Shown piece by piece: positions 17,571 to 31,349 of a stretch of DNA of 64,000 nt. How positions within the stretch are numbered: position 1 is the first letter of the stretch; every line of letters begins with the position of its first letter. The position numbers and the translations under genes were made by a program. The DNA is from Microbotryum violaceum. Lineage: Eukaryota. The notes beneath the pieces were generated by a model, which ran no database searches, was not told where the DNA came from, and was given only the letters and a program-made list of their open reading frames with translations. The stretch spans positions 2,418,001 through 2,482,000 of the forward strand of contig CDLV01000004.1 in NCBI GenBank assembly GCA_001244265.2. The letters run 5' to 3'.

Positions 17571-19687
17571 TCAGTGCTCGGGCCATCTGGTCACCTCCAG
17601 TCCAGTGAAAGCTCCTTGTCGTGCCCGCCATGTCTTCGCAGCGAGATGGTCCCATAAACTGTACCAACCCTTTCAAGACGCATGAATGTGCTGCACTGCG
17701 TCCTTCCTCTGTATTGCTAACCCCTACGCCTGCCTCTCCGCGAGTTGGGTCGCTCGATTCCATCGGCCTCCCTTGAGTAAAACAGCTTGAGGTGGCTACA
17801 CTTATGAGCAGCTTGATGGGCAATTGAATCAGGTTGGCCGGTTCAGCGAGAAATTGGTATCGCGAGCATCGACAACTTGAGGCGGAAGTTTCAATTGTGT
17901 GGGCTGTGTAGAACCAAACACGCGTTAGCTTCGACCAAAATTTCGATAGTTGAGCTTGGTAGACGCACGATTGGTCGTCGTGAGAAGCTGTTTGCCTCCT
18001 CAACGGCCTCGAGTAGATGATAAGGTCGAGTAGTGGGTGAGCTCGTCTTTGGACAACTCGATGTGAAGAGACGCGTCGGCGGGAGCGACATCGAAGGTGA
18101 GGAGCTCGGCGATCGTCATGTTCATGTTGGTGAGTGGCAATGATCAATCGAAGGCATCGTTCAAGGCCTGCATGGGATGATGTTGTTGTGCTATGCTCCA
18201 ATCTCGGACCAAAGTGAAGCGGAACGGAACCTGCGCCCCTTCAATATCTAATCGGCCTAATCCCTCACAGCCACTTAACTCAAGTGATCACCGAAGATGG
18301 CTAGTACTAAGTGGGAAAATGGGTTCATGCCGCGAGGTGCAATTACCAATTACGCACGCGCGTTTACCCCCGAAGCTTGACCCATCTACCCAGGTAGTAA
18401 GGTGCAAAGTTCACTTACAAATGGTGCATTCTTCGCGCAAGTTGGTGCTTTTGCCCCGGAAGAAAGGTGCGTTTACCAATTAAGGATGGTGCATCTACCA
18501 CGTAGCGGGGCAATCCGCTGTATCTCGTGTAGTGTGCCATGTATCACCTTGAAACTTGACGAGCCCTTTTACATGATCACCAAGTACGTCCACCTTCAGT
18601 AAGGAGCACTCTCATCAGGATCCCATGTAGTTGGAAATTGTGCGTGCACCCGCGCCGGCTCTCGTCCACGCCGCGGCCGAGTCGTCCGGACCCCGGACCG
18701 AGTAGCCCCCCCCCACCCTAGGCTGCAATACAACGACTAAGACGATCAATCATCTCGGAGCTGCGGGATGTGTCCATATGGAGTGGGACACCTTGTATGG
18801 CATTCCTCGCCGTATTTCCTGCCTCAGCTTGAACTTGGACAAGGAAGATCATTGACTGCCTTTCCAAACCATCCGTGAACATGTCCTAACAAAGCTAGTA
18901 GCACATCACCAAGTGTTCTCGCAAATGTCACTAGCCGCGATCATTATCTCGTTATATATATGTATATACATCCTTCCGTTCTACTTGTAATGGCACGGCT
19001 TAGGATCGACAACCTCACTCCTCTTCTTGCAGCTGCTCAAAATAAACCATGACCAATGTGAGTGTTCTGATGACAAGGAAGGGTCCGATGCAGTTTGGGA
19101 GAGGCCATAACTTGAGCGAATGACTCCAACATCAGATTTGTATTGCAAGCCAGGCATTGAGTGCAAGGCTTCAGCGAAGCCGCGCAGCTGTGAAAAAAGA
19201 TTCTTCCCTCTTGCGCTTCGATCGGCGAGGGCTTGGGGCGCTTTTGGATATAGCGTGGTCGAACGGCCAATGTACGTGTTTGATACCTTGGCAAGCAAGC
19301 AACGACCTCGAGTGCCTCAGAAACCGGCAGAGGAGGAGTAGGGTCGAACCTTACGACCCTCGGGAGTCTCATTGGCGGCGCATCTGGCATCGGACCAATC
19401 GTTGCAATTGACGGTGCCGGGTCGGGCCGCAGGCTTCGTGAAATCAACGGAGAAGTACATTGAGCGTCGGGATTGGGCTCAGAGGTGTACATTGTGCCGA
19501 CCAAAGGGTCAACCAGAACGGGGGTAGGCGCGCAAAATTCAATGCCGGGCGATCCCGATCCCAAGGGCTTCTCTTCGAGCTCCGGCGAACTCTCCTTGAG
19601 CGCGAGTGGGACAGATTCTGCATACACAAGAGTGTCAGCCTCAATATCAAGCAAGCTTGAACTATCACTAAGATCAGATCGTTGAGA

Positions 19688-20161
19688 TCAACAGTAAGAT
19701 GACTGACCGGGAACCGGCGGAGGAGCTCCACTCCCCTCTCGCAAATCGAGGGGAGGGGGGTCAGAATTTGCTTCCAACTCCGTGTCACACCGCAAGCGAG
19801 CATGTTTAACCACTTCTAACATATATGCGCGTTGGTTAGCATAGAAGTTGTCCTGTAGTGGCTTGAGTGGGCTCCAGCTCCAGTCTAATTCAGATTGAAA
19901 CGCAACCGCCGCGACCAAGGTTTCCATCGTTCGACAAACGAAGACGCCGCAAGCGTTGCCATCGGGTTGTCACGTAAACTCTGTTCTAGGCATCAAGTCC
20001 CCCTTCTTCGGTACTCGCGGTTTCACGATCACTCCCTCCCACTCTGCATACGGGATTGTGAGCCGGTCACTGCCTCCGGTGACGCGAGGGATGGGGCCTT
20101 CTGCCCGAGCCATGAGGAAAGGAACGATGTTCTTGTTGTGGATTTGGACTTGGAGTACCAA
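19688..20161 (-). pseudogene. Ulp1/SUMO peptidase (C48)-like remnant, probably transposon cargo
   Basis: In-frame T*QPDGNACGVFVCRTME at 19934-19969 matches the Q-x-D/N-x-x-x-C-G-V-F-V catalytic-Cys motif. Preceded by a TGA that could derive from CGA. Confidence 0.5.
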
Positions 20162-20205
20162 TGAATGAATGAAGATTCGCTGTAGCTACACGGCGTTGAT
20201 AGATG

Positions 20206-20384
20206 ACCTATTGTGAGATAGAGTATTGCCAAGGTCAATCAACTTGTAGCAGGCGAATGGGCAAGATAGATATTGAGTGTGTGTTAAATGTATTACAACT
20301 AACCTATTGTGAGATAGAGTATCGCCAAGGTCAATCAACTTGTAGCAGGCAAATGGGCAAGATAGATATTGAGTGTGTGTTAAA
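20206..20384. repeat. Tandem duplication, two ~83-bp copies (period 96)
   Basis: acctattgtgagatagagta..gagtgtgtgttaaa at 20206 and 20302. Confidence 0.9.
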
Positions 20385-20704
20385 GAAGAAGGAGAGAGTG
20401 AACGAGACCAGAGCCTTAGATAGTATCCGCGTGCAAGCCACCTCTGAGTCCAATCAATACGCCACCCCGCCATCTGCCTCCATCCTGCGCCGTGCCACGT
20501 GCGCGTCAACTTCCCAATGCCACAAGTCCCTCTGGACCGCTGACCCTTTACTAATTTCCCACAACACCCACAATCAAGAAGGTTCTGTAGAGGACTGACA
20601 AGGGCTGAGATGAATGGCCGAGCTCGGCATCAAAAGAAATGTCACAACTTTGTAGCCTTTTAATACCTGTAATATGATGTATATTGTCAAAATGACTTGT
20701 TCCG

Positions 20705-20872
20705 TACCTCTTCCTCTCTTCCTCCTTTTTCACCTCCCTCTCCCTCTTCTTCTTCTCCTTCTTTCTCTTCCCCTCACTCTTCTCCTTTCCCCCCTTTTTT
20801 TTCTTTCCCTCTCCCTCTCCCTTTTTTCTTTTTCTTTTTCTTCCCTTTTCTTTTCCTCTGCTCCCCCCACCC
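20705..20872. repeat. Polypyrimidine (CT-rich) low-complexity tract
   Basis: Almost entirely C/T on the plus strand. Confidence 0.85.
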
Positions 20873-22979
20873 TCCGACAAGGGTACGGGCCCGCAAGCCC
20901 AGCCGGAGGCGCATTTTTTTTTTTTGACACCAGTGGGAACCCGTTAAATTAACGGGAGGATGAAATTCAAAAAATAGTAGGATAATCGAACAGTTTACAT
21001 GATATCAGCGCAGAGGTTAAGAAAACACAATACGAAATACAGCAAAGAAACAAAATCCGTTCATCTTATATTCATTGCCGAAACAGCCTGCATGTCGCTT
21101 GTTGCCGGACTTGGCTTCAAACACTCGTGCAATGAGATCCGGACGGTTGCATGCTTTATCGGCCCCAGTGCAGCCTTGATTTCCGGTGAGTCGGGGTCGT
21201 ACGTCATCGTGATCAGCAGCGGAGGCTTTCCATGTTTGACAACGCACGCCATCGCATCCTGGTATCGCTGCGTAATGTCGCGATTTGGTTCGGGGCCAAG
21301 CCGTTGATGCCGTGGGTCGTGGTGAGGCGTAGGTTCTCTTGATGTAACCGGATGTGTTGAGTCGATCGGTCTCGACTTGGGAGGATATCCGTAAATCACA
21401 AACTCCAGGATGGGACGTTGGGTGCAATGCGGGATTGAGAAGTACTCGTCACGTTTGGCAAGTAGTGCGCAAAGAATGGTGAACGCGAGACTCGCCACCT
21501 CGACCCCTTTACTTGACCTTCGTCCTAGGTGTTCAAAAGTTCAATGTCAGTCTGTGCTTGCGCCTTCGGCAGAATGGAACATCAGAGAAAGAGCCGAAGA
21601 CGCGTACGTTCGCCATCACCATCCTCTTCGTCCCCTTCCTCGCCGTCTTCATCCTCATTGTCGCGGTCTTCGTCCTCCTGTTCGTCTTCGTCATCCAGAC
21701 CGAGACCGGCAAGTACCTCGCGCAATTGGACACCATTGTCGATCTGCTCTCAGTTTCTGGCGATTGGCGGCCTGGCTTGGTGGAACCCGCAAAGAGGAAT
21801 ATTGGGGTGGAAGCCATCTTCCCCTGCAGGAAACAGTGGTGGGTAACGGAGAGGCATCGCGGACGAATGGAGCGAGCTAACGATTTCGTACCTGGGCCGA
21901 CCATCGGGACATCGATCACCGTGCACCTGGAGAATAAGGTCTTGCGGTCCACGATCTCCGGTGTTGGTGTCGGAATCGCAGATAAGCATCGCCATTTCCG
22001 TGCTTGACGTAGGAAGGTTGTGGGTGCGTCGGTCCCGGCCTGGCGGGAGGCAGAGGCGCAGGACCCACTCTTTGGCTGTATCCCAACCCGCGCGGGCTTT
22101 GGCCGATGCGAACTCCCTCACAAAGCGATTGCCAGTGCGCAACATGGACTCTAGCCTGGTCAGCGTTGATCTTTGTATGCGAGTCTCTGTGCTGTCGGGT
22201 CCTTGAAGTCGTGTGTCGGTGGCCTCGGCCGGGTCGATCAGCCATGTCTGGGCAAAGGCTGGGCGTTGATTCACGGCAGGGATCAGGGCACCGAGTCGAT
22301 CATAGAGGCGGCCGAACACGCGAAACACGGGAGGTCCTAGAGCTGCCTACTTGGGTTTGGTCCCAGTGGGCAGCGAGCGAAGTAAAGGATAGTGCGTTGT
22401 TGTAAGACCGGGCATTATCGCGGAATGCTTTAGCGTCTGTGTAGGTGCATCACACAGTTCAGCATGTGGGCCATACTGCAGAGAGATGTTGTTGGACGGA
22501 GCAACTGACCGCTATCCGAGCCTTCAAGAAGCTGCCGATACTCGAGATTGGGCTGGGGAGGGGGAGGTAGCCGCACCTTGCCGTGCGAGCAGCACGCGCC
22601 GAAGTGCCTGGTCGACTTGGGCCTTTCGCACTCCCAGTGCCGAGCCTTGCAGTGGGTGCACACGGCCGTCTGCGGGCCGAGGTCGTCGCGGATCGAAACG
22701 TGGGCTTGAGGGGTTTGAGCGCGATTCGAGCCCGGCGCACTCGCCTTTGCGGAGGTGGTGGTGGGGCGAGCCCAGCGTCGAGTTGGCCATCGCGCTGACG
22801 ACGCTGTCCGTTCTGCACAGCTGCACGGCGGGCTCGTATACGTGTCGCAATGCCAAGATCGGTTGCATTGTTGTCATGACGCGCCGGGGGGCTGATTATG
22901 TTGATCGGTGCGGGACGAAGAAGAGGGTTGAGCCGCGGGGCGCCCAGCAGCGGGCGCTCGAGCAGGCCCAAGGTACGGC

Positions 22980-25387
22980 AGGACCCCCGAAAGCCCAGCC
23001 TGAGGCGCGTAGGTAAAATCCGCCAAAATCCGGGATTTTGGACCTCATTTGTCCACCAATTTTTGGACGTTCACGCCAAAAAGGTCCCCAAAATGTCCAG
23101 TCCATCTACGCGCGTCCAAAGATAGCTCTAGAATTGCTTCGAATGCTCTAAAACATCTCCAAAAATCGCGAAAACGCCATCCGGACGTTTTCGCCCGGAC
23201 CGAATCGCTGGAGCCCGCGCGCGCGTCAGCCGTTTCGGTTCTGCTTCGCCGAGGGCTGCTCACCTGCACTTACTGCCGATCTATTTGGCTATGATTTAAC
23301 GTGGCCATGGTATGTATGTAACGTACCACGAGAGTTAAGATCGATTGCAGTCATTCTGCGAAGCAGTAAGCTAGCTACCGTGATATGTACGAACCAAGTC
23401 CAATCGACAGTCGTTCTTCTCCTATGTTGCTGGCGTCACAACTGACGGGTATCATGCCTCGTTTCAATACAAAGCAGACAAGAGAGCCGATTTTCAAAGG
23501 CGTAGCTGACGTGACGTTTCCGTCGATCGACCCAAACGATGGGATCTTGGCGAATGCCGTGTATTGCCTTGCTCGCAATTGCATCCGTACTTGGGCAAGA
23601 ATGAACATTATTGATGAGCGCTCTCTAGGCCATATGTGCAGAGCACACAATTGCAGCTCACTTCTTTACGTCCGTCTTTGATGTATCCTATGTTTTCCGT
23701 CTCGTTTGCGGTCAAAAAGCGACTGAAGGTCCCTTGTCCTGTCCAACGAAGGGACCTTGCAACTCCTGACACGGTTTCGAGACGGGCTGCACCCATTGAA
23801 TTCACGAAGCCTCGGAGGACACTGGAGTGCATTTCACCATGCTCGGACAATTTTGCTTTTGATGTGGGATCGGAAACTTGGGAAGTCGAGGTGGTGGTGC
23901 CGTGCCTTCCCTTGAGTAGGACAGCTCTGAGGTGGAAGCATTGATGTGCCCGACGGTGCTGGATCAAGCTTTTCAGATCAAGCGCAAGCTGACGAGATTC
24001 GTGACGCAGGAAGGATGGGAGCCGATAATTTGAGCCTGTGAAAGAATGCTGGTTCCATTTAGTGTTGCTACACGAAACCAATTGCTTAAATGAACCTACA
24101 CGACCCAGCAAGCTTTCATTTGCTGTCACATTGGCGTCGAGCAGGAAGCGTTCCTCTGCTTGAACATCGGCCTCGTCGTAGGCCTGCTGAACGGCAAGCC
24201 TAGAATTGGAAGAGATGAGTGATCAGCTCAGAGGAGGCTGGTACAGGTCTCATGACACTCAACTTACAGTGCAGCATCACTGTTAAGGCCAAGAACAGCT
24301 AAAGAGCGAACAGCGTTTTCAACTGACTTCTGCTCTTTTGGGTCCAGCACGACGAGACCTTTCTCCAAGCCACATTGTCCCTAGGAAAAGCACGAAGAAC
24401 AATCCCAATCAATCACGCCATCGAACAGACGAACAATTTGGCTGCTTACCGACGAAATCGAGCAGCGTGCGCAAGGACGCGCTACACCCGAGGATCATTG
24501 CGGGGGTATATTGGTCCTCAACGAGCAGTGACGGCAGCACCTCCAGAGCCTTAACGATGAGAGGCTGATTTTCGATATCGACACCCAGATAACTTTTCAT
24601 CCACTTTTGGCTGCTGATAACGATCGAACGCAGGCGCTCGGCGTAATCTATATGCCGCCAGATCCTTTCGACACCGAAAGGCAGCCGGTGCCCAGCGATA
24701 GCAATAGACCGGTAACCTTGCTTACGCCGCAGTAATTGCTCCACGATCCTTGAACTTGTCCCTGCAAGCATCGAGCGGCCTAGGAAGAGTATCAAACTCG
24801 AGAGGCTCGTCTGTCGACCATGAAAGCTGTATCTGGGTTATCTGGGTGTCTGCAGTGGGCTGTCGAAGCGGAAGGCGAGAAGCTCAAGACACCCTCACGT
24901 CCAAGAAGGGTGCCATTCGCTCGAAATCATCGCCAAGAAGCTCGATATCCGGATCGTCTAGATACATTTCGTCGAAGCTGGCGAAGCGAGAACGTAGGAT
25001 AATGACGATGATGGCACAGACGACGCGACGCGGCGGGGGAGGCAAGAGACGGCGCACTCAGACGAGACGGCTCGTTCAACCAGGCAAGAGGCCTATAATT
25101 GCAAAATCGAACCATTAGAGCCCTTGTTGTGAATTCGGTACAGGCCAGAGTGCTTCGCGCGCGCTCCGCACCTGCTTGAGGGTCGGCAATCTCTGGCGTA
25201 CCAAGCCGAACGTGGCTGAAATGGGCCCAGATTTGTCCATTGGCACTTACGGGCCTAGGACCCCACCCGCACCGGCGCACGTGATCTGTCCACCCCCGAC
25301 TACTCGCCTTCGCGATTTTGACCCATCTGAGGCCCATAATTTGTCCAGTCGGGCACTACGCGCCTCAGGCCGGGCTTTCGGGGTCCT
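22980..25387. mobile_element. Non-autonomous TIR element with 8-bp TSD (GGTACGGC) carrying an unknown gene
   Basis: TIRs aggacccc(c)gaaagccc(a/g)gcctgaggcgcgtag at both ends; TSD at 22972-22979 and 25388-25395. The equivalent site in Helitron copy 2 (about 58620) has a single GGTACGGC. Confidence 0.9.
23375..25000 (-). pseudogene. Unknown intron-containing gene (cargo of 22980-25387), paralog of 15335-18200
   Basis: ORF pieces 24409-24795, 23608-24129 and 23375-23650; clear similarity to peptides at 15790-15987 and 17560-17800. Confidence 0.55.
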
Positions 25388-26234
25388 GGTACGGCGCTAC
25401 CCTCGCGCCCAAGACTTGGCGAGGTTGCGATGGCCCTCCCTGGCGACCTTGGGACCGGGGCATTACACAGTAGCGAAGGTTTGTTCTTGAATGAGTGTCA
25501 CTAAAATTGGATGAGAGTGGGAGGGAGAAAGGAAAGGTTCGAGGGAGTGGCACAGGATTATTTACGTGGTTTGTTTTGTTGTTTAGCCCCTAATGCCGGT
25601 GGTCGACTGCCGGACGGGCAATGACACGGCGGGCGCGCCGCATCACGTGACAAATGTTAGCCCTCGCCCCGCGCGTCAGCCGCCAGGCACCAGGCGGAGC
25701 TGTGCTGTAGAAGCAATGTCATGCAAAGCCACGCGCTTGCCGTCCATTAAATGCAATATAGGTGTAAGCATTGTTTGACGTCAACTGAAAAACGAAAGAA
25801 AATACTGGGAGCGCTGTAGCTTTGTTGGAACGGCGCGGAAAATACAAAAGTCACCACAGGGCTTGTACATGACTTCTGATCGGAACCCCGACGCCACAGG
25901 CAGGTGCGGCAGATACAACAGTATGCTGGTACATCCACCACAGGCGGCCCTCCGGGCCGCAACCTAGTTAAAAACAGTGATTTTAGGTACATTCCTTAAC
26001 TCACCTTTTTATATATAGAGAGGTAGTAAAGGCCAAAAAAGGGCATTTTTCCGCGCCTCTGGCTGGGCTTTCGGGGTCCTTCCTGGCCTCTCCTGGCCTC
26101 TCCTGGCCTCAGGCGCCTTTTCTCATTTCTCCACCTCTCCTCTCTCTAACCCACCACCTCAGACTACATCACACACACCCCACCCTATAACCACCCACCC
26201 GCAGGAACTGCCCCCCCCCCCCCGGGTTCCCAGC

Positions 26235-27060
26235 ATGAATTCCTCCCTCGATAATTTCCGCCGCCTCGACGTGGACCAATACGACCCGGACCAAGTGCTC
26301 GAGCACGAACTTTACACACCCGACCCACGACCGGTCCAACAAGTCCTCAGCGATACGCAGAGCAAGGCGGGCAATACGAGGGCTTATCTGCAACGCGGGG
26401 ACGTGGTTACCGCGTTGCATAAGGTGCTGGACCAGGCGCCTTACGGGGAAGGGGTGGAGCAGGCCAAGGTGAGTTGGGCGCAGGGTGGTACATTGTTTTG
26501 GGGAGGTGTGTATTGCATATGCAGATGCTCGTGCTCGTGCTCGATGGCTGCTACAACGCGCTCTTGCCCGCTCTCACGTCCGCACCCCCACACAGCCTCA
26601 CCCAGTCAGACGCGCGCTCACCGCTCTTCCAAAGCTGACGAGCAATCTCTTCCACTATTTCAGGCCATCGCATTACAATCCGTACTCTCGATCCTCAACT
26701 CGACCCGCTCGACCGACATTCCTCAACTGATCCAAGCCCTCGACCCGAACGAAAAGGTGAACCTCGTACCTTGATACGAGCCCGTCGACTTGAAAAGCTG
26801 CTTCACGCTTCCTGTTTCTCATTATGAATCCTACAGGTCACGTTGATGAAGTACCTCTACAAGGCGATGGAGAACTTGGGCGAGACCAGTGGGAATGTCG
26901 TATTGGGCTGGCACGAAAAGGTACGAAACCGGCACAGTTGGCACCTGTTGGCAATACGGGACTGACTTTGCTCTGGTTTGATCTCTTTACGATACAGCTC
27001 GTTGAAGTCGCGGGAACGGGGTGTATCGTTAGGGTCATGACCGATCGGAGAAGGGTTTGA
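26235..27060 (+). CDS. ARPC5: Arp2/3 complex subunit 5 (p16-Arc / Arc15)
   Basis: Exons 26235-26468, 26664-26756, 26837-26920 and 26998-27060 give FRRLDVDQYD..GDVVTAL..PYG..LMKYLYKAM..VLGWHEKLVEVAGTGCIVRVMTDRRRV*, the characteristic ARPC5 sequence. Confidence 0.95.
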
Positions 27061-27551
27061 GTTTTTGGTTTTGGTTGTTTTCGGCTTGGATGGGGAATGA
27101 CAATGAGAAATACTTGACGTCATGTATAACGTTACGTTGTTGATGACAGGGCCGTCGAGACGGAGAAATGATTTGAGTAACTATAGTGCGCTCGTTTGAT
27201 GCTCATCAACAACGCGACCCGACGTCCGTCTCTGTTAGCCATAGCGCGGTCAGGGAGTGCTATTACCGGAGAGATATTATCAACTCAACATGAGCATGCC
27301 CCTCCAATGAGTAAGCAGGACCACCCCACATCGTACGCTGAACAGCCTGAGAACCCACACCGCTGCCGAGCTTGCTTCCGGTTCAACCCCGGAGAGCACG
27401 CGCGTCACCAACCGTCGTCTCTCGTCGTCGGCTGTCGTCGGACTCGCGGCGCGCGGAGCGCATGCACCCGCCTATGTTGCAGGCTGTTGTAGCACTTGCA
27501 AGAAGTTATGTTGAACACAGCATATATTTTTTTGGATATTTCAGAGAGATT

Positions 27552-27655
27552 ATCCCTGAAGCTCTCTAGAGCTGAAGGTTTGTTCAACGAAAATTGGGGG
27601 GGCGCAAGCTGGGGAAACATTGAACAAACATTCAGCTCTAGAGAGCTTCAGGGAT
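27552..27655. mobile_element. 104-bp palindromic MITE-like element (36-bp inverted arms)
   Basis: Arms 27552-27587 and 27620-27655 with one mismatch; a second partial copy lies at 15097-15169. Confidence 0.7.
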
Positions 27656-28416
27656 TGATGACAATCTCTGTTGGAATGGGTTGGTGCAACAGAAGGCGAT
27701 CTCGTCTGTGAGCACAATGGGAGCCAACTGGGTTGAGGCGGTGATCGCGAGTGAGAGCGAGGCCAGGGATTCTTGGGCTCAGTATTCATTAGAAAGTGTC
27801 CAATTGGGTATTGCTTAGACGTTGTTAGGCTCCGCGCGCAGAAGCGGCTTAGTTTCTCCCCATCCGCTTCTCAATGTGCTTTCACCGATCAGGGAGTCGA
27901 TTTCCTCAACGTCTCTAAGAACTCTATAATCTCAACATTAGTAATTCTCGTTGGCGGGGGGCGGCTCCCGGGCGGCGGCGGGGAGCGCGAGCTGGGAAAT
28001 TGACAACGGTCTCAGCAGGCGATAGCCCAGTTCATGTGGTCCAGCACCCGATAAGGGTCGTCTCATTGTAGACTAGCTGGAATTCAAATTCTTGTTCTCA
28101 ATCAGCGCCGGGGGGCGGCCTGGGGGCGGCTCGGGAGGCGCCGCGAGTTTGGGAAATTGACGACAGTCTCAACACTACAGCCAGCCGTTACAGACCTGCA
28201 CAGACCGGCGCGGAACGGCGGCGAATGGCACGGAGTGCAAAGTCTTGTAGGCGTGCGCTCAGCTTTGGGCTGTCTGATAGCTGTGTGCAAACATCAACAT
28301 CTCAGTAGCTCATGGTAGCGCCCTCCCCCACTGTGGAGTAGTTCATCAGTCACAAACGGTGCTCAGTCGGTCCGACACACTAGTCGGGCATTGAGCACAT
28401 CGTCACGGTCCCTTGA

Positions 28417-29895
<1,479 letters not shown>

Positions 29896-31349
29896 TATTA
29901 CTGTTTCCTCCCACTTAGAATAGATTAGTATCTAGTCGTTGATATTAGCCGCGCGCCTCTAGCCTCCCTAGTGCGCGCGCACTTGGCTCTTCTCTCTCTT
30001 CTCCAACTATCTTTACTACCATCTTCGGCTCTCGTACTTACGTACCTCGTGCCTCGGGCCTCAGGTTAGTCTTGCAATATACCTGAACTATCTTTGCTAC
30101 CATCTTCGGCTCTCGTACTTACGTACCTCGTGCCTCGGGCCTCAGATGTGCCAAAAGGTTATGAGCCACACCGATCTACCAGCCAACATTGCCCTTCCCG
30201 ACAGCGACGACGAAAACAGCATGGCCGGCAACGATGAGACGGGCACACCGCCCCCTCCACCTTCGCCATTGTCGAGCCAACCCAACATAGTCGTCCCTCC
30301 CATGCACGTTCTACTCACACGCGAGCAATTTGATGACCTCGTCAAGAAACGCCGCTCTGTCGATGACGACGACGTGTCCAAGCGGAACCTGCTGCCGCCC
30401 ACGAGCCCTCCGGCATTCCCCGACGAGTCCAAACTCTCGGACAATAACTACGTCGACTGGGACCTCACCATGTCTCTTACCGTGCCTTGCGAGGTATGCC
30501 TATACTTGCGCACCGGTTGCCACGACAAAGCCTGGCTGCCCGAACTGCACTCGCGATGGGAGGATTACGCGGCCCGTGTGCTCGCCGGCTCGCTGACGAC
30601 CGTCGCGAAGGGCACGATAGGCCCCGTCGCTCAGAAGGGCGGAAATGCCCACGCCTGCTGGGTTGCCCTCACGAAACGCTACGCTCCCAGTGATGCGCAA
30701 TCACACTCCACGCTGATCCGTGACTTCTTCAACATGCCCAAACTTCCTTCGACCTGGGCCGGCTTCAACGAGTGGACGAACCGAGCCATGGTTCTGATCA
30801 ATCACCTTTGAATGGCCCAACTCGATCTTGAACAAGTCATATTGGCTCGTATGATCGATGACTTACCTCCCCTCTACAATAGCTGGCGCACCACGTTCTA
30901 CTCGCTTCAGCCGAACAAAAGCAAGCTTCCAGTCGTTGAAGAGATCTTCGTGTCAATGGAATCGGTTGCTCGCACACTTCGCAACGGGTCTACTCCAGCT
31001 CTAGTGGCCCAAACGCCGAGTTCGACGACGAAAGCGGGCCAGAATAGAAAGGGTCGATGGGATAGGTCGGGTCCTCCGCCAGGTAACTGTCCCGCATGCC
31101 AACAAGGCAAGCACTGGGTCGAGAAGTGTCCTGACATCACCAGGCGTAACAAGTACCTCGAGCTGAAGGCTGCATTGAAGGAGTTTAAGGGCGTCTCTCC
31201 CCCCTCCGCTCCGGCCCTCGCCGCGAATGACGACAACGCGTACATGGCCTTCTTCGCTGCGCCCGCCTTTGTGAACCTCAGCAAGTCTGCAAATCTACTC
31301 TTGGACTCAGCGTCCGCGTATCACGTGTTCAATGACTTGTCCTTCTTTG
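29896..31349 (+). mobile_element. Ty1/copia 5' half: LTR (~29896-30156, with internal ~60-bp duplication), PBS, gag, protease N-terminal half
   Basis: PBS GGTTATGAGCC at 30157; gag with [14 protein letters not shown] knuckle and in-frame TGA at 30809; [18 protein letters not shown] protease cut at 31349. Confidence 0.88.

Larger units (their letters stand above)
15335..18200 (-). pseudogene. Unknown gene, paralog of 23375-25000, disrupted by the TIR element 15971-17570
   Basis: HSCVLKGLVQFMGPSRCEDMAGTTRSFHWTG (about 17590-17690) and YPHFGSLDG..LVCFGLKRGMHSLSCD..GEEVLSIGIG (15790-15960) align with peptides at 23375-23830. Confidence 0.6.
20930..26021 (-). mobile_element. Helitron copy 1, internally deleted (Rep N-terminal region only), with nested TIR element
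   Basis: CTHCKARHWECER..CCSHGKVRLPP, 'RTHNLPT..EMAMLI', 'YQDAMACVVKHGKPPLLITMT..PEI' (Helitron_like_N). 5' TCTCTATATATA at about 26021; 3' hairpin CCCGTTAATTTAACGGG (20940-20956) then CTGG|T at 20930. Confidence 0.85.

Noticed and set aside
20551-20952. Lys/Glu-rich and Phe/Ser-rich ORFs
   Set aside because: Artefacts of the polypyrimidine tract.
20886-26080. A single TIR element enclosing Helitron copy 1
   Set aside because: TIR-like ends face each other, but the left one is degenerate and no TSD is visible, so it is not called as a feature.
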